Below are positions 10,577-21,365 of a stretch of 64,000 nucleotides of DNA, one piece after another. Every line of letters starts with the position of its first letter. The first letter of the stretch is position 1. The stretch covers positions 2,769 to 66,768 of the forward strand of contig DASTSL010000035.1 in the NCBI GenBank assembly GCA_035760705.1. Direction: 5' to 3'. The notes under the pieces were generated by a model that did no database searches, was not told the DNA's origin, and was given only the letters and a program-made list of their open reading frames with translations. The position numbers were made by a program, and so were the translations under genes. The DNA comes from Meiothermus sp. GTDB lineage: Bacteria; Deinococcota; Deinococci; Deinococcales; Thermaceae.

Positions 10577-11790
10577 ACCATTCCTCGCAAAGCCAGGAGG
10601 TAGAACAAAGCCAGCAGCACGAATACCGCCGCGCCGCCATAAAAAGGAGCGGTGGGGCCGAAGGTGTTCCAGAGCAGCCCGCCCATCGCCGGGCCGGTGG
10701 CGGTTCCCAAACCCTCCGCGGTGAGCAGGGTTCCCCAGATGGCGGCCCGGTTCTGCTGGGGCAAAAGCCGCACCACCAGGGCGTGCCAGCTCGGGGTGAA
10801 GAGCGCGAAGCCCACCCCGCCCAACACCGCCACCCCGAACATCTCGGCAAAACCGGGCTTCTGCGCCACCCACAAAAAGGCTGCGCTCAGACACAGCATT
10901 CCCAGGATCAAGGGGATCTTGGGCCCCTGCCGGTCGGCGATGCGGCCCAGCCAGCCGATCCCGGTGAAGGCGAGCACCGCACCGACCGCGATTACCCCGC
11001 CCAGCTCGAGCACCCCCAACCCCAGTTGCTTGTCGGCGAACTTGATGATGAGCAGGCTCAGCATGGCCGGGGCGAAAGTCTGCCCGAAGGCCGCTGGCAG
11101 AAAGGTCATCAGCTTCTGCCAGGGATAAAGCTCTTGTTTTTGCGTAACCACCGGTTCGCGGAAACGGATCAGGGTCAGCCCGATCAGCGCTGCCCCACCC
11201 AGTGCGGCCAGCAAAGCGGTATAGGCCCATTCGGGGTTGCGCTGGACCAGGAAGCCGGTGGCGAAGGTGCCGAACCCGGCGAAGGGGAGGATCAAGCTCG
11301 AGGTGAAGGCCAGCGCCCGCCCCTCGCGGCCCTCGCGGGCGATCCGGCTGGCTAAGGTCATCAAGCCGGGCCACAACGCCGAGTAGGTGAAACCCCACAG
11401 CGCCGACATCACCCACAGCATCCAGACGCTGGGGTAGTTGGCGACCAGCAGAAGGGTTAATAACCCCACCCCGGCGGAGGCCAGCATGGTCGGGGTTAGG
11501 CCCAGACGCTGGGCCACGTACCCGCCAAGCGAGCGACTAAAGGTCTCAGTGAGGGCGTGTACGGTCCAGGCCGTGCCGATCACCAGTTGAGTGAGCCCCA
11601 GGTCGTACCTGGAGTAGCTCAAGTAGGCCCAGAAGAAGCCGCTGCGGGTGGCTTCCAAAAGCCCCAGCATCACCACGAAGCCCAGAAGCGGCAATAGCCC
11701 CCGGCGTTTCCAGGGGAGCTTGCTCCAGAGCTTGCCCGCGAGCTTGCTCCGAGCTGGGCTCGAGGAGATCGGTTTGGGTAATCGCATCAA
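10555..11790 (-). CDS. MFS transporter
   Basis: 411-aa ORF with about 12 hydrophobic segments and the general layout of MFS_1 proteins. It overlaps the downstream deacetylase start. Confidence 0.8.
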   Translation of the reverse strand: MMRLPKPISSSPARSKLAGKLWSKLPWKRRGLLPLLGFVVMLGLLEATRSGFFWAYLSYSRYDLGLTQLVIGTAWTVHALTETFSRSLGGYVAQRLGLTPTMLASAGVGLLTLLLVANYPSVWMLWVMSALWGFTYSALWPGLMTLASRIAREGREGRALAFTSSLILPFAGFGTFATGFLVQRNPEWAYTALLAALGGAALIGLTLIRFREPVVTQKQELYPWQKLMTFLPAAFGQTFAPAMLSLLIIKFADKQLGLGVLELGGVIAVGAVLAFTGIGWLGRIADRQGPKIPLILGMLCLSAAFLWVAQKPGFAEMFGVAVLGGVGFALFTPSWHALVVRLLPQQNRAAIWGTLLTAEGLGTATGPAMGGLLWNTFGPTAPFYGGAAVFVLLALFYLLALRGMVWKSSAS

Positions 11791-12494
11791 CGCTCCCGGT
11801 CGGCGTAATAGTCCTTGCCGTAATCCTGGGGAAGCCCCAACATGCGCCGCATGATGTTGCTGAAGTGGGTGCCGAAAAACTTCCAGCGCCCGGCCTTGAG
11901 CCGTCGGCCCGAGGTGAGCACCCGTGCGGTAGGCAGATAGACGATCTTGCCCCGTTCCTTGAGCTTGAGCATCAGGTGCAAGTCTTCGCCATAGGGGACA
12001 TCATAGCCGCCGACTTCGATGGCTACGCTGCGCCGCACGGCGTGGTTGCCTCCGGCGGTGTTGGGTTGCCCTAGCTTGTCGGTGAGAGCTATGAGCAGGG
12101 GATAGCCGTAGCGGGAGAACATCCGGTCGAACCAGGGGGCATCGTAGAACTCTAGCGTTCCGTACACCTCGACTACCTCTGGGTCGCGGAAGGCCCGGGC
12201 AATGGTAGCGATCCAAGCGTGCTGGACAATACAATCGGCATCGGTGTTAGCCACCACCTCCCCGGTGGCGGCTAAGAGTCCGGTCTGCCGGGCGATGTGG
12301 AGCCCCGGGATGGGCTGGTCGATCACCTTGACCCCCGGGTAGCTGCGGGCGATCTCGGCGGTGCGGTCCTTGCTGCCGTTGTTGACCACGATGATCTCGT
12401 GGGGCTTGGTTTTCTGGGCGAGGATGGACTCCAGGCAAGGACCGATGAACTCCTCCTCGTTCCTAGCCGGGACCACCACGCTGACCGTCACCAT
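11787..12494 (-). CDS. family 2 glycosyltransferase
   Basis: MVTVSVVVPARNEEEFIGPCLESILAQ...IIVVNNGSKDRT...DADC is typical GT2. Start trimmed to ATG 12494. ATGA overlap with the MFS gene. Confidence 0.8.
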   Translation of the reverse strand: MVTVSVVVPARNEEEFIGPCLESILAQKTKPHEIIVVNNGSKDRTAEIARSYPGVKVIDQPIPGLHIARQTGLLAATGEVVANTDADCIVQHAWIATIARAFRDPEVVEVYGTLEFYDAPWFDRMFSRYGYPLLIALTDKLGQPNTAGGNHAVRRSVAIEVGGYDVPYGEDLHLMLKLKERGKIVYLPTARVLTSGRRLKAGRWKFFGTHFSNIMRRMLGLPQDYGKDYYADRER

Positions 12495-12617
12495 AGCAGT
12501 AGACCCCCTGTGGGCCCTATTCGGCAGTGAGCATAAACGCTGAGCATTATGACATTCATAGGATGGACTCAAAACTCGCTCAGACTGGTTCGCCGGGGCC
12601 AAGCCAGCCGCCCCGGT

Positions 12618-13805
12618 TTAGATCTCGGTCCGCGGCAGGCGCGGGAAGGGGAAGATGAGCCGCTGGGGTTCGGCCCGCAGGATCTCGCTGGCCTCGTCGT
12701 AGCAGGCTACAATCTCCTCGGCGATCCGCCGGGCACTGCGCCGGTCGGCGAACTGGCGGGCGGCTTGGGAGAACCTGAGCCGCTTGCCCTCGTCGCCCAG
12801 CAACTCGAGTGCCCGCAGGGCCATCTCCCGCGAGTCCCGGGGCGGCACCAGATACCCGCTCTTGCCCTCCTCCATTCCCTCCAGGGTGCCCCCCGCCCCC
12901 ACCGCGACCACCGGCACCCCCACCGCCTGGGCTTCCCAGAGTACCAGACCTTGGGTTTCGGTTTCGCTAGCGAACAAAAACAGCTCGGCCAGCCGGAAGT
13001 ACCCGCCCACGTTGCGGTAGGGTACCGCTCCCACAAAGGTGATGTGCTCGAGGACCCCCAGGTCGCGGGCCAACCTTTGCAGAGATTCCTTCTCGGGTCC
13101 CTCGCCCACGTGGGTCAGGTGGGCATCGCAGGTCTGGCGGATCCGGGCGAAGGCTTCGACTACCACCTCGAAGCTTTTCTCCTTACCCAGCCGCCCCACC
13201 GTGAGGAGCCGACGCTTCCCCACCGGCCAAGGAGAAGGCGGCTCGGGGGCCGAGACCAGGAGGTCGGTGTCGATCCCGGTGGGGATGACCCGGATTGGGC
13301 GCTCGATCCCGTAATCCTCGGCCAGGAGCTTGACCGGGTGGGTGGGGGCGATCACCACCTCGGCCCGGTTGTAAAAAGCCCGGCCTAACCGCCGCATGAT
13401 CCCGGTGTACTTGTCCAGCACCGAGAGGCCGGGGATGTAGTGGGCGTACTTCTCGTAGTTGGTGTGAAAGGTCGAGACGTGGGGCAGTTCGTGCCGCCGG
13501 GCGATTTGCATCCCCCATAGTCCCATCCCCAGCGGGGTGTGGGTGTGGGTGATCTCGAACTCGGTGGGGAGCTTGCGCGGGTTGGGGAAGGCCAGCCGGG
13601 TCCCCTCGAAGAAGGGATAGGGCACGCTCCTGACCCGCACCACCCCCTCTTCGCGGTCGGGGGCCTCGGGGTCTTGGGGAGCGATCACCCAGGCCTCGTG
13701 CCCCATGCGGCGCAGCTCGCGCAAGAGGAGATATACGCTGGTGGCGACCCCGTTGGGGCCGGGCAGATACATATCGGTGAAGAGGCCTACTCGATACAAA
13801 CGCAC
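12618..13805 (-). CDS. family 4 (GT-B, group 1) glycosyltransferase
   Basis: RVGLFTDMYLPGPNGVATSV... at the N-terminus and ...FLFASETETQGLVLWEAQAVGVPVVA (E-x7-E region). The start is uncertain; I chose GTG 13805, and the ORF's upstream extension to 14027 is doubtful. Confidence 0.8.
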   Translation of the reverse strand: MRLYRVGLFTDMYLPGPNGVATSVYLLLRELRRMGHEAWVIAPQDPEAPDREEGVVRVRSVPYPFFEGTRLAFPNPRKLPTEFEITHTHTPLGMGLWGMQIARRHELPHVSTFHTNYEKYAHYIPGLSVLDKYTGIMRRLGRAFYNRAEVVIAPTHPVKLLAEDYGIERPIRVIPTGIDTDLLVSAPEPPSPWPVGKRRLLTVGRLGKEKSFEVVVEAFARIRQTCDAHLTHVGEGPEKESLQRLARDLGVLEHITFVGAVPYRNVGGYFRLAELFLFASETETQGLVLWEAQAVGVPVVAVGAGGTLEGMEEGKSGYLVPPRDSREMALRALELLGDEGKRLRFSQAARQFADRRSARRIAEEIVACYDEASEILRAEPQRLIFPFPRLPRTEI

Positions 13806-14192
13806 CGCAACTATGTTAACACGTCGGCCTTTGAGCGCTAGCGGGGCCAGTAATGAGGTAGTTCGCCCGGGTAAAGAGCCTATGCCAAGCGACCGGAGGG
13901 ACTCTGGACATGAACGCCGCCGAACTCCTGCCGTGGCCCACCCCCTCACTTGGCGCAAAGCACTATGGCGCAGAGCGCTAAGGGGGAGGGGTTTGGTGAT
14001 CGGCGCGGAGTGCCGAATGCTTCGCATCTGCTGCGGGGATTCTGCTGCACCGATCTATCAAGCGTATCCGAGTAAACAATGGCAACTTAGTTTGCACCGC
14101 CTACCCTCTGTTCTCGAACCCGAGAGCGGGGAAGACCAGGTTGAGCGACATCCAGCCTGAGCGCCCAACGACAACCGCTGAGGCGCGGTATC

Positions 14193-16166
14193 ATGGCAGG
14201 CATGGTCACGGACAAGGATCTGCCATCTCTATCCATCAACGCCATCCGTATGCTGGCTCTGGATGCCGTAGAGCAGGCCAAGAGCGGTCACCCCGGGATG
14301 CCCATGGGTATGGCCCCGGCGGCTTACGTGCTGTGGACCGAATTTCTCAAGCACAACCCCAGAGACCCCTTCTGGCCCGACCGGGACCGCTTCGTGCTCT
14401 CGGCAGGGCACGGTTCGATGCTCCTATACGCGCTCTTGCACCTCACCGGCTACGACCTCCCGCTCGAGGAACTCAAGCGCTTCCGCCAGTGGGGCTCCAA
14501 GACCCCCGGCCACCCCGAGTACGAGTACCACCACCTGGGCGTGGAGACCACCACCGGCCCGCTCGGGCAGGGCATCAGCACCGCGGTCGGCATGGCTATC
14601 GCCGAGCGCAAGCTGGCCGCCGAGTTCGGCCAGGAAATCGTGGACCACTACACCTACGTGATCGCCTCCGACGGGGACCTGATGGAAGGGGTCTCGAGTG
14701 AAGCCTCTTCCTTGGCCGGGCACCTTAGGCTCGGCAAGCTCATCGTCCTCTACGACGACAATGAAGTCTCGATTGACGGCAGCACCGAGCTGGCCTTCAC
14801 CGAAGACCGCATGCTGCGCTACGAGGCCTACGGCTGGCACGTGATTCGAAACGTGCACGGGGAGGACCTCGAGGCCATCCGCGCCGCGATCCGGGCGGCC
14901 CAGGCCGATCCCCGCCCCTCGATCATCTCGGTGCGCTCGATCATCGGCTTCGGCTCCCCCCTGGCGGGGAACCACAAGGCTCACTCCGACGCGATGGGGC
15001 CGGAGAAGGTGGCTGCCACCCGAGCGGCTTTGGGGTGGGAGTACCCGCCTTTCGTGGTTCCCGAAGTGGTTTACGCCGACTACCGGCGCTCAATCGAGAA
15101 GGGTCGGAAGGCCCAGGCCGAGTGGCAAGCCCGCTTCGACGCCTTCGCCCAGGCCCAGCCCGAGAAGGCTGCCGAGTTCAAGCGCCGCCTCGACCGCAAG
15201 CTCCCCGACCTCTCCGGTTTGCTCCCCAGCTTCGCCGCCGGGGAGAAGCTCGCCACCCGCGCGGCCTCGGGGAAAACCTTGGAGAAGCTGGCCCCGGCCC
15301 TCCCCGAGCTGGTGGGGGGCTCCGCTGACCTCACCCCCTCCAACAACACCAAGACCCCCGACATGAGCGACTTCAGCCCTTCCAACCCCGCCGGGCGCTA
15401 CATCCGCTACGGGGTGCGCGAGCACGGGATGGGGGCGGCCATGAACGGGATCGTGCTCCACGGGGGCTACCGGCCCTACGGTGGGACCTTCCTGGTCTTC
15501 TCCGACTACATGCGCCCCAGCATCCGCATGGCCGCCATCATGGGCATCCCCACGGTGTTCGTCTTCACCCACGACTCGATCGCGGTGGGCGAGGACGGTC
15601 CCACCCACCAACCCATCGAGCACGTGATGAGCCTGCGGGCCATCCCCAACCTGTGGGTGATCCGCCCCGCCGACGCGGGTGAGACCGCCGTGGCCTGGAA
15701 GATGGCTCTTGAGCGGGTGGAAGGCCCCACCGCCCTGGCCCTCACCCGCCAAGCCCTGCCGGTGCTAGAAGGGGTGGACCGGGCCGGGGTGGAGAAGGGC
15801 GGCTACGTGATCTCTGACGTGGACAACCCTCGGGGCTGCATCGTCGCCACCGGCAGCGAGGTGAGCCTGGCGCTCGAGGCCCAAACCCTCCTCTCCCAGC
15901 AAGGGATCCCGGTCCGGGTGGTCAGCTTGCCCTGCTGGGAAGCCTTCGAGCGGCAACCGCAGGAGTACCGCGATTCCGTGCTGCCCCGATCCCTCCTCAC
16001 CGTCTCGGTCGAGGCCGGAACCCCCCTCGGATGGGAGCGCTACGCCGACCGGGTAGTGGGGCTTGAGCGCTTCGGCGCCAGCGCTCCTTACCCCACCGTC
16101 TACCAGAACCTGGGCTTCACCAAGGAGCGCGTGGCTGACGAGGTAAAGGCCCTGCTGGGGATCTAA
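14193..16166 (+). CDS. tkt: transketolase
   Basis: 657-aa [28 protein letters not shown], the GDG..EG TPP motif and [16 protein letters not shown] are present. Start may be the second ATG (14202), 7 nt after a TATCAT -10-like hexamer at 14189-14194. Confidence 0.95.
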   Translation: MAGMVTDKDLPSLSINAIRMLALDAVEQAKSGHPGMPMGMAPAAYVLWTEFLKHNPRDPFWPDRDRFVLSAGHGSMLLYALLHLTGYDLPLEELKRFRQWGSKTPGHPEYEYHHLGVETTTGPLGQGISTAVGMAIAERKLAAEFGQEIVDHYTYVIASDGDLMEGVSSEASSLAGHLRLGKLIVLYDDNEVSIDGSTELAFTEDRMLRYEAYGWHVIRNVHGEDLEAIRAAIRAAQADPRPSIISVRSIIGFGSPLAGNHKAHSDAMGPEKVAATRAALGWEYPPFVVPEVVYADYRRSIEKGRKAQAEWQARFDAFAQAQPEKAAEFKRRLDRKLPDLSGLLPSFAAGEKLATRAASGKTLEKLAPALPELVGGSADLTPSNNTKTPDMSDFSPSNPAGRYIRYGVREHGMGAAMNGIVLHGGYRPYGGTFLVFSDYMRPSIRMAAIMGIPTVFVFTHDSIAVGEDGPTHQPIEHVMSLRAIPNLWVIRPADAGETAVAWKMALERVEGPTALALTRQALPVLEGVDRAGVEKGGYVISDVDNPRGCIVATGSEVSLALEAQTLLSQQGIPVRVVSLPCWEAFERQPQEYRDSVLPRSLLTVSVEAGTPLGWERYADRVVGLERFGASAPYPTVYQNLGFTKERVADEVKALLGI

Positions 16167-16171
16167 GCTGT

Positions 16172-16229
16172 GCCGGGAATATCTCGGGATGTTTCAGTGG
16201 CGCAATTCCGGCACGGGTCATGGCCCCAT
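16172..16229 (+). repeat. intergenic motif, second copy of the TGGCGCAATTCCGG-core repeat; also a 10-bp hairpin GTGCCGG(G)AAT...ATTCCGGCAC
   Basis: Lies just after the tkt stop. Aligns by eye with 9316-9372. Confidence 0.5.
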
Positions 16230-16260
16230 ATCCCAGATCCACACTTCGGAGACGTTTAGG

Positions 16261-16530
16261 ATGCCAGGCTTTCATCTGCTGCGCCGTTGGCTGGCTGGGT
16301 GGGCCGGTCTGCTCGCCCTCCAGACCGCCCTTGCTCAAGATCAGAACCGGGGCTTCGGCTTGATCTTCGAGCAACTGCCGGCTCTGCTCTTTACCTTAGC
16401 CCTCGGTTTCGCGCTCGTCGGAGGGCTCATCTATATTTTCGCCAGCCAGGGGGCCGCGAACCGCCGCTGGGCTTACCTGCTCTGGGCCATCGGTGCCCTC
16501 TTGATCGTCTTGGGTTTGCTCCAGCGCTGA
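16261..16530 (+). CDS. small hypothetical membrane/secreted protein
   Basis: MPGFHLLRRWLAGWAGLLALQTALAQ is signal-like and is followed by two hydrophobic segments. I recognise no homologue. Confidence 0.45.
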   Translation: MPGFHLLRRWLAGWAGLLALQTALAQDQNRGFGLIFEQLPALLFTLALGFALVGGLIYIFASQGAANRRWAYLLWAIGALLIVLGLLQR

Positions 16531-16677
16531 TCAGGAGTCTTGAGTTCGATTTCATTCATGGAGCGCTCGCCGCTTCGGTGCGGTGGGTTGGCTCGAGGCT
16601 AAGCCAAGATGGGGAAGGAGGGTGAAGGTTTTGGGCCAATAAAGATGTCTCCCCAGTCGGTGTAGAATAGCGCGTCT

Positions 16678-17577
16678 ATGCCCAAACACGTCGTCAGCGT
16701 TTCTATCGGGTCGTCGAAACGTAACGCCAAGGCCGAGGTCCGGCTCGAGAGCCTGAACGAGACCTTTATCCTCGAGCGCATCGGCACCGATGGGTCCTGG
16801 GAGAAAGCCATCGAACTGGTCCGGTCCCTGGACGGCAAGGTAGACGCCTTCGGGCTGGGCGGGGCCGACCTCTACGTATGGGCGGGAAAACGCCGCTACA
16901 CCTTCCGGGATTCCCTGCGGTTGGCCCGCGCCGCCCAAAAGACCCCCATGCTCGACGGCTCGGGGCTCAAACACACCCTCGAGCGCAAGGCGATCCAAGA
17001 CCTCGAGCCCATGATCGGCTGGAAGGGCAAGAAAGTGCTGGTCCCGAGCGCCATTGACCGCTTCGGGCTGGCCGAAGCCCTCACCGAAGCCAAGGCCCAG
17101 GTGCTCTACGGCGATTTCATCTATGCGCTGGGCCTCGACATCCCCCTGCGCACCCTCGCGGCCCTGCGGACCTGGGCCTATATCCTCCTGCCCATCATCA
17201 CCCGGCTTCCTTTCAAGTGGCTCTACCCGACCGGCGAGAAGCAGGAAAAACAGGTGCTCGACTGGCGGCAGAAGTACTTCCAGTGGGCCGACGTGATCGC
17301 CGGGGATTGGCATTTCATGCGCCGCTACATGCCCCCCGACATGGAGGGCAAGATCATCCTGACCAACACCACCACCGAGGATGACCTCGAGTTCATGCGC
17401 GCTCGAGGGATCAAAACCCTCATCACCACTACCCCCCGGCTCAGCGGGCGGAGCTTCGGCACCAACGTGATGGAAGCCTTCTTCGTGGCGGTGGCGGGCA
17501 AGTACCCCTTGAGCGAGCAGGAATACCTCGAGTACATCGAAAAGCTCGGGCTACGCCCGCAGGTGACTGAGCTATAA
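16678..17577 (+). CDS. conserved hypothetical protein (family often annotated as quinate 5-dehydrogenase-like)
   Basis: 299-aa ORF with good codon bias. The family assignment is from memory only and the function is unknown. Confidence 0.55.
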   Translation: MPKHVVSVSIGSSKRNAKAEVRLESLNETFILERIGTDGSWEKAIELVRSLDGKVDAFGLGGADLYVWAGKRRYTFRDSLRLARAAQKTPMLDGSGLKHTLERKAIQDLEPMIGWKGKKVLVPSAIDRFGLAEALTEAKAQVLYGDFIYALGLDIPLRTLAALRTWAYILLPIITRLPFKWLYPTGEKQEKQVLDWRQKYFQWADVIAGDWHFMRRYMPPDMEGKIILTNTTTEDDLEFMRARGIKTLITTTPRLSGRSFGTNVMEAFFVAVAGKYPLSEQEYLEYIEKLGLRPQVTEL

Positions 17578-17680
17578 GTCGGGCAATCCTGTTTACCGAA
17601 GTGAATATAACCATGTACAATCTCCTTTTGGAATGCTCCTTGGGGAGCTTTGTCTATAGACGTTTTTCTGGGAGGAATGA

Positions 17681-18235
<555 letters not shown>

Positions 18236-18263
18236 CCCTAGCCGAAGCCACAGCCAGGCTCGA

Positions 18264-18294
18264 GCCCGCCCGACTTCGCGGCGGGCTTTTGTTG
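18264..18294 (+). terminator. intrinsic terminator after efp
   Basis: GCCCGCC-cgacttc-GGCGGGC followed by TTTTGTTG. Confidence 0.8.
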
Positions 18295-18440
18295 CTACGG
18301 GTTCAGTTTTGGGGTTGAGAGAAGATTGGGACGTTTTTCTCGTTTGCTGAGGTATGATTCGAGCGGATTAATCCGTAAGCCCCGATAAGGGGAGATCAAA
18401 GTGAACGCATGAGTGAGCTAACGTCGCCAGGAGGAGCAGC

Positions 18441-18962
<522 letters not shown>

Positions 18963-19026
18963 TGGCTAAACACCGAACGCGAAACGCTCAACGCCTTTTG
19001 AGGTATATGGCGTCTTGCGAGGTCTT

Positions 19027-20367
<1,341 letters not shown>

Positions 20368-20490
20368 GCTCTCACCCTAAACTTGGTTGCCCTCGACTCG
20401 GTCCCTCTCCAGTTCAAGAGAGGGACTGGTCTTGCTGAGTGGGAGCAATCGTCACCGCCGAACTCGAGCGCCGCGTATTCTGGAGAGAGC

Positions 20491-21033
20491 ATGAGTTTAG
20501 ATAATCCCTGGAAAACCCTCGAGTCCCGGCTGGTCTACGAGAACCGCTGGATCTCCCTCACCGAGCATAGTGTCATCAACCCTGGCGGGAACCCCGGCAT
20601 CTACGGGGTGGTCCACTTCAAGAACCGGGCCATCGGGGTGATCCCCCTCGACGACGCGGGCTACACCTACCTGGTGGGGCAGTACCGCTACCCCCTGCAC
20701 CTCTACTCCTGGGAGATCCCCGAGGGTGGCGGGCCGCTCGAAGAAGACCCCCTGGAAGCTGCCAAGCGCGAGCTGCGCGAGGAGACCGGGCTTGAGGCCG
20801 ACCACTGGGAGCAGATCCTTACCCTGCACCTCTCCAACTCGGTCACCGACGAGCTGGGGATCATCTACCTGGCCCGGGGTCTGCACCACGGCGAGCCCGA
20901 ACCCGAAGACACCGAAGCCCTGCACGTCCAGAAGGTGCACTTCGACGAGGTGTACGGCAGGGTCCTCTCCGGCGAGATCACCGATGCGCTCACCGTGGCG
21001 GCGGTGCTGCGGCTCAAGCTGATGCGGCAGTGA
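20491..21033 (+). CDS. NUDIX hydrolase (ADP-ribose pyrophosphatase-like)
   Basis: Nudix box GGGPLEEDPLEAAKRELREETGL. Start trimmed to MSLDNPWKTLESRLVY. Confidence 0.85.
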   Translation: MSLDNPWKTLESRLVYENRWISLTEHSVINPGGNPGIYGVVHFKNRAIGVIPLDDAGYTYLVGQYRYPLHLYSWEIPEGGGPLEEDPLEAAKRELREETGLEADHWEQILTLHLSNSVTDELGIIYLARGLHHGEPEPEDTEALHVQKVHFDEVYGRVLSGEITDALTVAAVLRLKLMRQ

Positions 21034-21365
21034 GGGGGTGCACACCACAGACCCCGAAAACGTCTTTGGGCGACCTCTCCTCATAGAGTCTATGGGTTCG
21101 CCCTTCCCGCTAGCAGACCTAAGGTTGACCCCGATCCGGCACACCCCCGTCCGGCGACGCAGGGCACTCAATGACACGAAGCGTTAAGGATTGCCCCTAA
21201 CAATCTTTGTTTATGGAGAGTGCTGTAGGGGTGCGCGGAGTACGGCACCATGTACCCTACGGCTCGAGCCTTCCCCGCTCGACACGCCGGCGAAGCCGCA
21301 TCTCCATCACCGCCCGATCGCGCCACACAATGGTCTCGAGGTTCGGTGTGGGGTAACGTTAATAC

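Noticed and set aside
10577-11416. N-terminal 279 codons of the 672-aa ORF 9398-11416.
   Set aside because: This part overlaps the MFS transporter gene in another frame and is Arg/Gly/Pro-rich. The deacetylase has a sensible start (MEIIGKL plus a TM helix) at 10576.
13806-14192. 387-bp divergent spacer between the GT4 gene and tkt as a possible ncRNA or small gene (for example the 23-codon frame at 13911-13982).
   Set aside because: I found no recognisable RNA motif, no SD and no convincing conservation signal by eye. Part of the gap may disappear if the GT4 gene starts further upstream. Left unannotated.
21034-21365. Structured-looking 330-bp spacer upstream of the DHH-CBS gene (hairpins GTAGGG...CCCTAC and CCACAC...GTGTGG) as a small RNA.
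   Set aside because: There are only short stems and no terminator. I see no match to any RNA family I can recognise, so the evidence is insufficient without a covariance-model scan.
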